Assembly: GCA_963765675.1 (NCBI GenBank)
Contig: CAVXXK010000001.1
Location: forward strand, 672,001 to 736,000
Length of the DNA: 64,000 nt
Source: an uncultured delta proteobacterium
GTDB lineage: Bacteria; Desulfobacterota; Binatia; Binatales; Binataceae
Direction of reading: 5' to 3'
Shown here piece by piece: positions 29,590 through 38,239 of this stretch. Made by a program: the position numbers and the translations under genes. The number at the start of each line of letters is the position of its first letter. Position 1 is the first letter of the stretch. A model generated the notes under the pieces. The model did no database searches. It saw nothing but the letters and a program-made list of their open reading frames with translations, and was not told the DNA's origin.

Positions 29590-30660
29590 TTACTCTTTGC
29601 CTCCGACCCTGGCGGGTGGCGGAAATGTCGGCGCAGGCCCACCGAGCGGCGCTACACTTGCGATGCGCGCGCGCTGTGCTGCCGATGCGTTAGCGCGAAG
29701 ACTCTGGCGAGAACCCAACCACAGATTTCCGAGTAATATTCCAGTAGCCGCGAGACCGCCTAGCATGGCTGCGCATCGTCCGAATCTCCAGAATCGGTAC
29801 CATCGTGGTGCCGATGCTTGGTTGAGTTGAGCGCGCCGCTCCGTAGGGCCAATCCGCAGATGCTCGTATTCCTCGATTACTTCGTTGACCGTCTTCGCGC
29901 TTACCGAATGCTGTCCGCTCGAATAGGCTGCCAGCATCGCGTTGTGGCACATCACGTTGATGCACCGTGGGATCCCCCGCCCGTGCTCGACGATCTGTTT
30001 GAGCGCCGAGCGTGAGAAGATCTTTTTCGCGTTCCCATTTCGGGTGCGCAGACGATGCTCTATGTACGCGACAGATTCGTCTGGCTCCATCGGATTTAGT
30101 ATCGCGCGCGTGCCGATTCGCTGGTTCAACTGCCGCAGCATCGGTGCCTCAAGCCTGCTAAGGAGAACCGGCTGGCCAATGAGCACGATCTGCAGGCGCT
30201 GCCCGCCGGCCGCGACGTAGTTTGCGAGCAGCCGAAGTTCCTCGAATATCTCGACGCTCAGCCCCTGTGCCTCGTCTAGAATCAACGCGACTCGATCGCC
30301 GGAATCGGTACGCCGCAGCAAGCTCCGGAAGGCGTCGACGCAGTCCAGCTTCGAGGTTGGTGGCGGATCGATGCCCAATTGGCGCAGCGCCATCCGGAAC
30401 AGATCGATCGCGGGAAGCTTCGGATAATTCAGGTAAGCAGCGCGCAAATACTGGTGCCGCTGCGAGAGAACCGAGCAAATGAGCGTCGTCTTTCCAGTCC
30501 CCGGCTCGCCCACCAGCAGGGTATAGCCAGAGGGTTCGTGCAGCAGTCCCCAATCGAGCGCGGCGATGACCTCGCTATGCTCGCGACCGCGATAGAGTGC
30601 GGCGGACGAGACCGCAAAATCGAAGGGAGGGCCGCTCAGACCAAAGTGACGATAATTCAT
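29590..30660 (-). CDS. ExeA/GspA-family AAA ATPase
   Basis: MNYRHFGLSGPPF, GEPGTGKT, LILDEAQ, QIVLIGQP, QRI, YIEHRL and GIPRCIN motifs. Confidence 0.9.
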   Translation of the reverse strand: MNYRHFGLSGPPFDFAVSSAALYRGREHSEVIAALDWGLLHEPSGYTLLVGEPGTGKTTLICSVLSQRHQYLRAAYLNYPKLPAIDLFRMALRQLGIDPPPTSKLDCVDAFRSLLRRTDSGDRVALILDEAQGLSVEIFEELRLLANYVAAGGQRLQIVLIGQPVLLSRLEAPMLRQLNQRIGTRAILNPMEPDESVAYIEHRLRTRNGNAKKIFSRSALKQIVEHGRGIPRCINVMCHNAMLAAYSSGQHSVSAKTVNEVIEEYEHLRIGPTERRAQLNQASAPRWYRFWRFGRCAAMLGGLAATGILLGNLWLGSRQSLRANASAAQRARIASVAPLGGPAPTFPPPARVGGKE

Positions 30661-30678
30661 GGTCGCGTGGTTCTCTCC

Positions 30679-32196
30679 TCAGCCCTCATCCGCGAAGACC
30701 GCGACGGTCTGGAGTCCCGTCTCTCGCTCGATCGTTACCGTCGAATAAATCTTCGGGTCGCGTCGTTCATCGAACTCGGCGGCGGCAATTCCGAGTCCGG
30801 CTGCGAGCACGAAGCCCACCGCCAAGTTGAGCCACACAATCGGGAAAACCGGACGCAGCGGCAGCTCCGGGGGCCGTGACACGCTAATGTCTAGTATCTT
30901 GTTGGTATTCAGCCCTCCCGCGGCACGCGCTTCTTCGGCTTTACGCACATAGGAGAGATAGGCCTGGCGATCGGTATCAACTTGCTGCCCGAGACGATCT
31001 GATTCGGTTTCGTTTTTGACGAAAAAGCTTAGGCGATCCTGAACTTTGCGGATTTCGTCGGCAAGTTTGTCCTCTGTAGCCTTTCCGGCGGCGGCGCTGG
31101 TTTTGGCGCCAGAAAGATCCGAATCGATCGTGACCCAAGTGGGATTGAGATCGGTGCTTCGCTCACTCACTTCAAGATGGTTTTCGTGGTCGAGGATTTT
31201 CTGTGCTGCGGCGAGCTGCGCATCTATCTCACGAATTCTCTGGCTATTCGGCTGGTAGCGGCTCAGCAAATCGGCCCGCTGCGTTTTCAACTGCATCACC
31301 TGCGGCTTCAATTGGCTCAGAGCAAGGTCCTGAACCGATCGGACTTCCTTGGCTATCCGCTCCGGCGTGTTCTTACGAAGCCCCTCGAGCGCAGCGACTT
31401 GCTCCTCGTCGGAGGCGAGTTGCGCGGTATTCTTGCTCTCCTCGAGTTCCAGTTCCGATAATCGATTGATCAATACCTGGCGCTGCTGGACCAGATCGCT
31501 GATGCCTGTTTGCAACTGGAAGGCGCGCAACTGCTGCTCCGAGACCGCGAGTTTGCCTTGTAGCAACTTCGCCTGTTGTTGAAAGAACTGTTCGGCCTGC
31601 GGATCGTGCGATATCCGCGCATGAACCTCGAGATAATGATTGAGAAGCAGGCTCAGAAACTTCTGTGACCACGCCGGATCGTGCGAGCTGAAGGTCACCT
31701 CGATCACGTTGGACCTTTTGATCACGCTGGAATCGAGATGCTGCGCGAGAGCGTCCGCCCAGCGGTCGCCCGGAGTCATCGTCGGCGCTTCGTGCAGCGC
31801 GCGATATCCCTGGCCGGGCAGCGATAGGATAGCGTCAAAAGCTCCTATAATCTGAGATCCTGGCCCTTCGTACGCTGCCGGCGCACGCAGTCCCGTAATT
31901 GCCTGACGCACCAGGTAATTACTGGTCAGCAACTCGCGCTCCGAGTTGAGATCTTCCTCGGTGATCGGATTAGCGACTACTGCGGGCCGTTCCGGTGAAT
32001 CATTTTGCAAGTCGGGCGAGACCAGCAATTGCGCGCGGCTATCTTGAACCATAATCTCCGCGGCGGAACGATAGTCCGGCGGCCAGAAGATCGTCGCGAT
32101 AGCTACTAGGCCGAACACCAGTGCGCCGAGTGAGAACACTCGATTGCGCCGGCGACATACTAATTCGGTCCAATAGGTAAGGTTCCGCGTCTCCAC
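30679..32196 (-). CDS. GumC/Wzc-N polysaccharide chain-length determinant (co-polymerase)
   Basis: N- and C-terminal TM helices flank a long coiled-coil region; NSERELLTS, SNVIEVTF and PLRPVFP motifs. Confidence 0.88.
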   Translation of the reverse strand: METRNLTYWTELVCRRRNRVFSLGALVFGLVAIATIFWPPDYRSAAEIMVQDSRAQLLVSPDLQNDSPERPAVVANPITEEDLNSERELLTSNYLVRQAITGLRAPAAYEGPGSQIIGAFDAILSLPGQGYRALHEAPTMTPGDRWADALAQHLDSSVIKRSNVIEVTFSSHDPAWSQKFLSLLLNHYLEVHARISHDPQAEQFFQQQAKLLQGKLAVSEQQLRAFQLQTGISDLVQQRQVLINRLSELELEESKNTAQLASDEEQVAALEGLRKNTPERIAKEVRSVQDLALSQLKPQVMQLKTQRADLLSRYQPNSQRIREIDAQLAAAQKILDHENHLEVSERSTDLNPTWVTIDSDLSGAKTSAAAGKATEDKLADEIRKVQDRLSFFVKNETESDRLGQQVDTDRQAYLSYVRKAEEARAAGGLNTNKILDISVSRPPELPLRPVFPIVWLNLAVGFVLAAGLGIAAAEFDERRDPKIYSTVTIERETGLQTVAVFADEG

Positions 32197-32215
32197 GATT
32201 CGTTCCTCGGAGCCG

Positions 32216-33097
32216 CTAGAGTCCCGGCAACACTGAGGTTGCGGCAAAGTAGGGCTCTACCGGCAGAACGTTACGGATGTATTGCGACACCCAGAGATCG
32301 ACGTTGGCAATCTTGCTGCGGGGCACCACCACAATGTCGCGTGATTGCAGCACGGCATCTTGCTCGCCCTCGGGATTCTTGACCGCCGCGGTGATATCAA
32401 TTGATGAGCCTGCTGGAATACCACACGCGTCGCGGCGGATTAGGATTGCTTGAGGCGCGGCATTGTCTGTCAACCCTCCTGCCGCAGCAATTGCCTGCAG
32501 CGCCGTCATGCCGGAATCGAGCGGAAAGCCGCCGGGCTTTTGAACCTGACCCTCCACGAATATCTGCCGGCTCGGCATGTTTTTGACCATTACCGACATG
32601 TCGGGATTGCGAAGCTCCGTCGAATAGGCCTTATCAAGATCGGTGGCGAATTGCTGAGGCGAACGTTGACTCGCCTGGATTGCTCCGATGAGCCGGAGCG
32701 ATACTCGGCCGTCCGGGCGCACTATTACATCCTGACTGAATTCCGGATTCAGATACGAATCGATACTTAAGTCATCGCCCGGCTCGATAAGGTAGCTATT
32801 GTCTGCGGCGGACGCGCGCATAATTTCGGCGTTCTCTTCGCATTGCTCCGACGACAACGTCGTCGCGTGACCCCCAGATACCTCTTCATTTTTGGAGCCG
32901 GCGGAACATCCAGAGGTAATCAGAACTATACTGATTACGAATCCGCAAAGGACTGCTACGCGGCGGTTACCCATCAACGGTTCGCGCGCGGGGACCGGTC
33001 CTGAGCGCGCAGCACCATTTATCTCCACACAAGACGGGTCATCACTCCGAGTTCGGTGGCGGAGAGATTTGTGACGCCTCTGGCTTTGATTCTTCAT
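32216..33097 (-). CDS. wza: Wza-like polysaccharide export lipoprotein
   Basis: YLIEPGDDL, VRPDGRVSL, VEGQVQKPG and LQAIAAAGG motifs with lipobox TSGC. The true start may be the ATG at 32974. Confidence 0.88.
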   Translation of the reverse strand: MKNQSQRRHKSLRHRTRSDDPSCVEINGAARSGPVPAREPLMGNRRVAVLCGFVISIVLITSGCSAGSKNEEVSGGHATTLSSEQCEENAEIMRASAADNSYLIEPGDDLSIDSYLNPEFSQDVIVRPDGRVSLRLIGAIQASQRSPQQFATDLDKAYSTELRNPDMSVMVKNMPSRQIFVEGQVQKPGGFPLDSGMTALQAIAAAGGLTDNAAPQAILIRRDACGIPAGSSIDITAAVKNPEGEQDAVLQSRDIVVVPRSKIANVDLWVSQYIRNVLPVEPYFAATSVLPGL

Positions 33098-33151
33098 CGA
33101 ACGACGACGCAGGCCGATATAGGTCGGCCTTACCGACTGACGGCCTTGAAG

Positions 33152-33167
33152 CGCAACGAGTGTGCCA
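33152..33167 (-). promoter_or_regulatory. Sigma54 promoter of the wza...dehydrogenase operon
   Basis: Minus strand reads TGGCAC-ACTCG-TTGCG, essentially consensus. Confidence 0.75.
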
Positions 33168-33429
33168 GCTGCCTATTATCGGAATCGCTTGAATTTCCCG
33201 CTCGCGCACTGGATTGAATCGGCGGCGATTGCAACTTCGTCGTCCGAAACTTACAAGACCGGGTCGATGCTCAGGTCTCGTCCTCAATCGAGGGCCAAAG
33301 GACAAAATTGCTCGGAATCTCGAGCGCGATGTAATCGTTGCATGTCGAATCTTCAAATCACCTTTCGTCGGCGCCGCTTCCCGCACTAAAACAACCGAAA
33401 ATTCGGCTTCGAGCCCCCAATCCTGCTGA

Positions 33430-33445
33430 TGGCATTAGCGTTGCT
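33430..33445 (+). promoter_or_regulatory. Sigma54 promoter of the wzy-like operon
   Basis: TGGCAT-TAGCG-TTGCT, with pseudo-palindrome TGTAATCGTTGCA at 33330-33342 upstream. Confidence 0.72.
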
Positions 33446-33541
33446 CAGCACTGTGCGAGATCGCAGAGGCGCGGGTCTGTTTGACAGTTGAGCTCGTCAC
33501 CCGCACCTCGTGACAACCACAACAGCAACAGAGAGTTCCGT

Positions 33542-35077
33542 GTGTCTGACAGTATTAACCGCTTGAAGAATACTGATGGCCGATCTGCGTCGAGCGGCGT
33601 AGAAAACGCGCTGCCTTCGGCTCGGGTTGTCATTCTTCTTGCGGTCGCCTCAGTCCTGCTCGCCATGAGCGTCCTGCTCCAACGGCTTTATGTGCCCCCG
33701 GCAGCGCTCGCGGGGCTGGCCATGCTGATCGGTCTTTACAAAGCGGCGGCGTATACGCGGCAGCATCCTGAATGGATCGTTCTCCCGATCTTTCTCACGT
33801 TCGCGCTCATCTCAGCCTCGTCTTTCAGCGAAGAGGCTCGCGCGACGATCCATTACGGTTTGCTGGTGTTGTTCTGCCTGCCAGTGGCGTCGGTGGCTTT
33901 GCGTAGCGGACTTATTGGGCAAGGAGGGTTTCGATTCTACAGCATATATCTCGCGTGGGCGGCGTTTACGATAGTATACTCGATCGCACCTGCATACTCC
34001 GCAGCTCGTCTGATCGAGGCGACGCTCGTGATCGTGGCACTGGTCGCCGCCGTTTCGCGAATACACAATGCTGAGGATGCCGAGCGGCTGCTCTCTCATT
34101 TCTTTTTGGGATGCGAATTAGTTACGTTGGCGATCGCGGTATCATTCGTCGCGCTTCCGCACTCCATTGCGTGGGTAAGCCCTATAGATAGTCTGACGCC
34201 CGATATACTCGCGGAAATGCACCGGATGGGACAGCAGGTCGGAGGACTCGATCGCTTTCGAGCTATCTTCAACGGACCCAATGACGTCGGCGCATTCATG
34301 CTAATAACGGTTGGAGTTGGGCTGGTAAGATGGCCCCGAATTCACGGACGCGACCGGATCATCACCACCTGCACGATCCTGGCCGCACTCACTTTCGGCG
34401 CCATCGCCGACTCGCGCTCGCCATTTGCGGCGCTGCTGGTCGGCGTCGCGCTTTACTTGATATGGAAGAAAGGATTTCGCGGCGTTCTCTATCTCGTGGG
34501 AGCCTTTGCGATTTGCGTGCTCGTTTGGGTCGGAGCCGGACACGACTTCGGCCGCTATGTAGATCGCGGCGACGTCACGACACTCACCGGACGGACCGAG
34601 ATGTGGGGATTCGTCGTCCATTCAATCGAGGAGCGGCCGCTATTCGGTTATGGCTATGAAGTCGGTGGAGCAATCTTTGATAGTCCCTATTTTCCTCTTT
34701 GGTGGGGACCATGGGATCAGGGGCCGCACGTCTCGGTTCATAATGGATATTTGGCGCATGCAGTGGGCGTTGGCATTCCGGTAACTATATTCTGGCTGTA
34801 TATCATGCTTCGGCCCTGGATCTTCATTCTCAAGCAGCGTGATGACGTATGGCTTCTCAAACCAGTACTATTCTTGATCTTGATACCTATTCTGGTCCAT
34901 AACATGACCGAAGTTATGGCGGATGATGCGACAGGGACAGTAGGATTTCTGTTCGGACTCGTGTGGGTAATAGCCGAGCGTTACCGATTGCTCGCGATTG
35001 CGGTTGCGCGTGAGTCGCGGGCAGAAGAAGTAGCCGCGATGCCTCGCGCCGTCGCTGCACTGGCGGTGTCGCGTTGA
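33542..35077 (+). CDS. O-antigen ligase/Wzy polymerase family membrane protein
   Basis: About 11 TM segments with RFRAIFNGPN, DSRS, TLTGRTEMW, PLFGYG and HNGY motifs. Confidence 0.88.
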   Translation: MSDSINRLKNTDGRSASSGVENALPSARVVILLAVASVLLAMSVLLQRLYVPPAALAGLAMLIGLYKAAAYTRQHPEWIVLPIFLTFALISASSFSEEARATIHYGLLVLFCLPVASVALRSGLIGQGGFRFYSIYLAWAAFTIVYSIAPAYSAARLIEATLVIVALVAAVSRIHNAEDAERLLSHFFLGCELVTLAIAVSFVALPHSIAWVSPIDSLTPDILAEMHRMGQQVGGLDRFRAIFNGPNDVGAFMLITVGVGLVRWPRIHGRDRIITTCTILAALTFGAIADSRSPFAALLVGVALYLIWKKGFRGVLYLVGAFAICVLVWVGAGHDFGRYVDRGDVTTLTGRTEMWGFVVHSIEERPLFGYGYEVGGAIFDSPYFPLWWGPWDQGPHVSVHNGYLAHAVGVGIPVTIFWLYIMLRPWIFILKQRDDVWLLKPVLFLILIPILVHNMTEVMADDATGTVGFLFGLVWVIAERYRLLAIAVARESRAEEVAAMPRAVAALAVSR

Positions 35078-35949
35078 AATCAGTCGTCGAACCAAGTGAT
35101 CGCGTCTCGATCGCAAAGAACCGCTCGGTTTTGTTTGGTTGGATTCTGATCGCAACTACCTGCCTGCTCGGCGTTTCGCCGGCGCCGGCGCGAACCCAAG
35201 AGGGCGTCATTTCAAACAAGCACTTTCCGACGCTGCCCCCGCATAGTGCGCTGCCCACCGGCCAGGAGTGCGCGCAGTGGATTCTTTCTGCGCCGCCTTC
35301 CGCACAGAGCGTCGAAGCGAGACCAGCCAACGCGCTCGCCAATCAGACCGAACCCACTCGTGCCGCACTCGCCGAGTTTTATGCGCGCCCGGTCAAGGGA
35401 ACCTTTGTTCCCGCCGCCGATTTTTCACGCGTAGACGGTCAGTTCTCGGGGACGACCGATCAGATACTTCGCTGGGGCGCGTGCAAGTGGGGCGTCGATG
35501 AAGATGTTGTCCGCGCCGAGGCAGTCGCAGAGTCCCATTGGCACCAGGATGGTACTGGCGACCGTACCACTGATCTGTCGCTGTGCCCTCCTGGCATCGG
35601 ATTCGCGGGCGCGTGGAATGGACAAACATGTATGCAGAGTTATGGAATATTACAGATGAAGTATAAGAGTTTCGGCGGATGGCCACTGAGCAAAGATAGC
35701 ACCGCATTCAATGTGGATTTCCGGCTTGCCTATCAACGCGCATGTATGAATGGAGACATCAACTATCTCCCTACCCGAATCCCCCCGGCAGATTATCCGA
35801 TCTATCCGCATGGCAGCATCGACCAGATGTTGTGGGGATGTATGGGCGATTGGTTCTCCGGTAGTTGGTTCGATTCCGGCGCGCTTCGCTACATCGCGGA
35901 AGTAAAGAAAGATCAGGCAGCCAGAGTCTGGGAAAAGCCCGGATTCTGA
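35074..35949 (+). CDS. Secreted lysozyme/lytic transglycosylase-fold protein
   Basis: Signal peptide; KWGVDEDVVRAEAVAESHW carries a candidate catalytic Glu; SYGILQM and FNVDF motifs. Confidence 0.6.
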   Translation: MKSVVEPSDRVSIAKNRSVLFGWILIATTCLLGVSPAPARTQEGVISNKHFPTLPPHSALPTGQECAQWILSAPPSAQSVEARPANALANQTEPTRAALAEFYARPVKGTFVPAADFSRVDGQFSGTTDQILRWGACKWGVDEDVVRAEAVAESHWHQDGTGDRTTDLSLCPPGIGFAGAWNGQTCMQSYGILQMKYKSFGGWPLSKDSTAFNVDFRLAYQRACMNGDINYLPTRIPPADYPIYPHGSIDQMLWGCMGDWFSGSWFDSGALRYIAEVKKDQAARVWEKPGF

Positions 35950-35952
35950 GAT

Positions 35953-35982
35953 TTCTACTAGATTCACTTCCACTAGATTCAC
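35953..35982. repeat. 15-bp tandem duplication
   Basis: TTCTACTAGATTCAC followed directly by TTCCACTAGATTCAC. Confidence 0.7.
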
Positions 35983-36018
35983 ATAGAAGTTCGCGTAGAC
36001 CAAATCGGGATACCTGCG

Positions 36019-36828
36019 ATGGTAACAATAGACCGCAGGCTGGGAGGTGTATTCCCCTATCGAGCGATCTTCTTCCCGTCGGAACGATGCCTCCGAGACA
36101 TTACCGCCGGTTTAGGCCGCCTTCAGTTAACCCGAGTTTTCTGGTCCGAACAATATATCGCGGATAGTTTGTACATCATTCGTCATCAGCCCAGCGAAGC
36201 CGCTTGCCTCGATCTCCGGCTGCCGACGAAAGCACTATGGAATGGCATCTCCAAGGGCGGCCGCTACGACATCCGGCAAGCCGAAAAACTGAACCATAGG
36301 ATTGCACTCGTGCGCAACGGCGCTCGGGTCGTCGAGGATTTTTTGGCGATGTACAATGATTTCGCGAAAGCAAAAGCCGATATTCCACCGATCACACGCC
36401 GGATACTTGCGCGCTACGAGAAACACGCCGATTTTTTTATGACCTACCTCGACGGCGAGGCAATATGCGGACACGTGCTGCTCCGCGATATGGATTCGGT
36501 TCGAGTACGCCTGTTGTACTCGGCGAACAGACGCCTGGCCGACCGTCAGACGGCGAAGACTTGCGGGTTACTAAATCGCTATCTGCACTGGCACGAAATC
36601 GGCCTCTATCGGGAGGAGGGCGTTGAAGTTTATGATCTGGGTGGAATTCGCGCGAAAACCCCGGATGGCATCACACGCTTCAAGATGTCGTTCGGTGCTT
36701 CAGTTGTTCCGGAACATACCTATCTGTGCGCCGGCACGCCTTGGCTCGGGCGCACTGCGCAATTAATGTCGGACATACTATTCACGCCTCAAAGATTTTC
36801 GGGCAACAACCTCGACCAAGATCCGTAA
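36019..36828 (+). CDS. FemAB-like GNAT protein
   Basis: LDLRLPTKALWNGISKGGRYDIRQAEK, YDLGG and GITRFKMSFG motifs. Confidence 0.8.
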   Translation: MVTIDRRLGGVFPYRAIFFPSERCLRDITAGLGRLQLTRVFWSEQYIADSLYIIRHQPSEAACLDLRLPTKALWNGISKGGRYDIRQAEKLNHRIALVRNGARVVEDFLAMYNDFAKAKADIPPITRRILARYEKHADFFMTYLDGEAICGHVLLRDMDSVRVRLLYSANRRLADRQTAKTCGLLNRYLHWHEIGLYREEGVEVYDLGGIRAKTPDGITRFKMSFGASVVPEHTYLCAGTPWLGRTAQLMSDILFTPQRFSGNNLDQDP

Positions 36829-36984
36829 GTCTCGTTTACTGGAGCGGTGATCCGATGGTATTCGAGCCAAGATTAAAGCAGCAGAGTAGGAGAGAATCTC
36901 ATCACCATGCTGGCGAATGAAAGCGATCGCGCTTGCGCGCGAGAATCTAACTGCTTTGCGGAATCGGTTGAGTTGTAGTTGCCG

Positions 36985-37489
36985 TTACTTCTTGGCGATC
37001 TGGCCTAGATCTATCGGCAGGCCGGAGACTGGTATTGGGTTGCCATCCTCGGTCACGTTGAGAGCGATGAGTTTATGGATCGATGATTCTGAAGGCGGTG
37101 GCGCGCTGTCTGATGATCCGTCGCTGCATCCCACTAGGCCGACCGCCAGGATGAGCATTGCAGCCGCCAGGATGGAGGTTCGTCGCCGCGTCCTGATGCT
37201 CAGCGGGAACATCGCGAAGCCCAGCAGGCTCAGCATCAGGTTGCCGGTCGCACCGAGTGCTCCGTTGCCGACGCCGATCATGCCGGCGAGCTTGATTTCA
37301 GGGAAAAACGAGGCTGTCCGTCTGCTTGCCCCCGATAACGCCGTTCAAAGTGAGGACGAGAGATTCGCTTCCGCCGACGGGAATCGTCAGTGGCGGCGCG
37401 AACGTGAAGACTGTGCTCGTGGTGATTTCGGGCGCCTCGATCGTCGAGCTTCCGATTGTCTTTATGAATTCACACACGGACTTAGGCAA
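36985..37489 (-). pseudogene. 5'-truncated, frameshifted remnant of a surface protein C-terminus (two TM helices + internal lipobox-like GC)
   Basis: ORF 37298-37489 (TVFTFAPPLTIPVGGSESLVLTLNG) joins ORF 36985-37281 (IKLAGMIG...LLGFAMFPLSIRTRRRTSILAAAMLILAVGLVGC) through a frameshift near 37300-37325. No credible start or signal peptide was found. Confidence 0.5.
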
Positions 37490-37656
37490 AGGGGACCGGA
37501 ACGGATATTTGACGTTAGCGGGCGAACGGCGCAGATTCAGGTAACCTCACGCGATGTTTTCGGCGCAAGATCTATGATCGAGAAGCGTAGCCCAATTTCC
37601 GAAACCGAGCGGCAAAAGCTGTCTGCTGACAATCCTGCCGCGCAACCGAACCGGTT

Positions 37657-38220
37657 ATGATCGTCGAACACTGGATCGACCTCAGGTGCCATCCATGTAC
37701 GCGCCCTGAAACGGTACGCGCCATTCAGGTGCTCGTGCGCCGCTCGGCAAGCGCCGAACTCGGGATGACCTTCCGCCTCGACGGCGATATTTCCCGAATC
37801 TTGTTGTCTTCACCGAGCGCGCCGCGCATCGCTACACAGCTCTGGCGCCATACCTGTTTCGAAGCGTTTATCGCAGTGGAAGGGCGACCAGCATACCACG
37901 AGTTCAACTTCGCCCCGTCGGGCGAGTGGGCAGCCTACGCTTTCTGTGACTATCGTAACGGCGGTCTTCTGTCGGACGATACGATGCGTCCGCACATTGC
38001 AGTGCACTACACTGATAGTCGGTTCGAGATGGACGCCATCGTCCAGCTCGATCTACTATCCGCTATCCACAGGAGTGCTTCCCTTCGACTCGGGCTCTCG
38101 GCGGTCATCGAGGCGAGCGATGGGCTCTCGTACTGGGCGCTTCGCCATCCGGTCGACAAACCGGATTTTCATGACGCCAATGGATTCGCCATGTTGCTTG
38201 AGCCACTGGGGACCAAGTAG
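37657..38220 (+). CDS. DOMON-like domain protein
   Basis: LWRHTCFEAFI, YHEFNFAPSGEWAAYAFCDYR, GLSAVIE and SYWALRHPVDKPDFH motifs. Confidence 0.85.
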   Translation: MIVEHWIDLRCHPCTRPETVRAIQVLVRRSASAELGMTFRLDGDISRILLSSPSAPRIATQLWRHTCFEAFIAVEGRPAYHEFNFAPSGEWAAYAFCDYRNGGLLSDDTMRPHIAVHYTDSRFEMDAIVQLDLLSAIHRSASLRLGLSAVIEASDGLSYWALRHPVDKPDFHDANGFAMLLEPLGTK

Positions 38221-38239
38221 TAGGTCTCGACCGCTTCCG

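Noticed and set aside
35950-36000. ATTTCTACT...GTAGA resembling a Cas12a CRISPR repeat
   Set aside because: There are only two adjacent 15-bp units, with no spacers and no cas genes.
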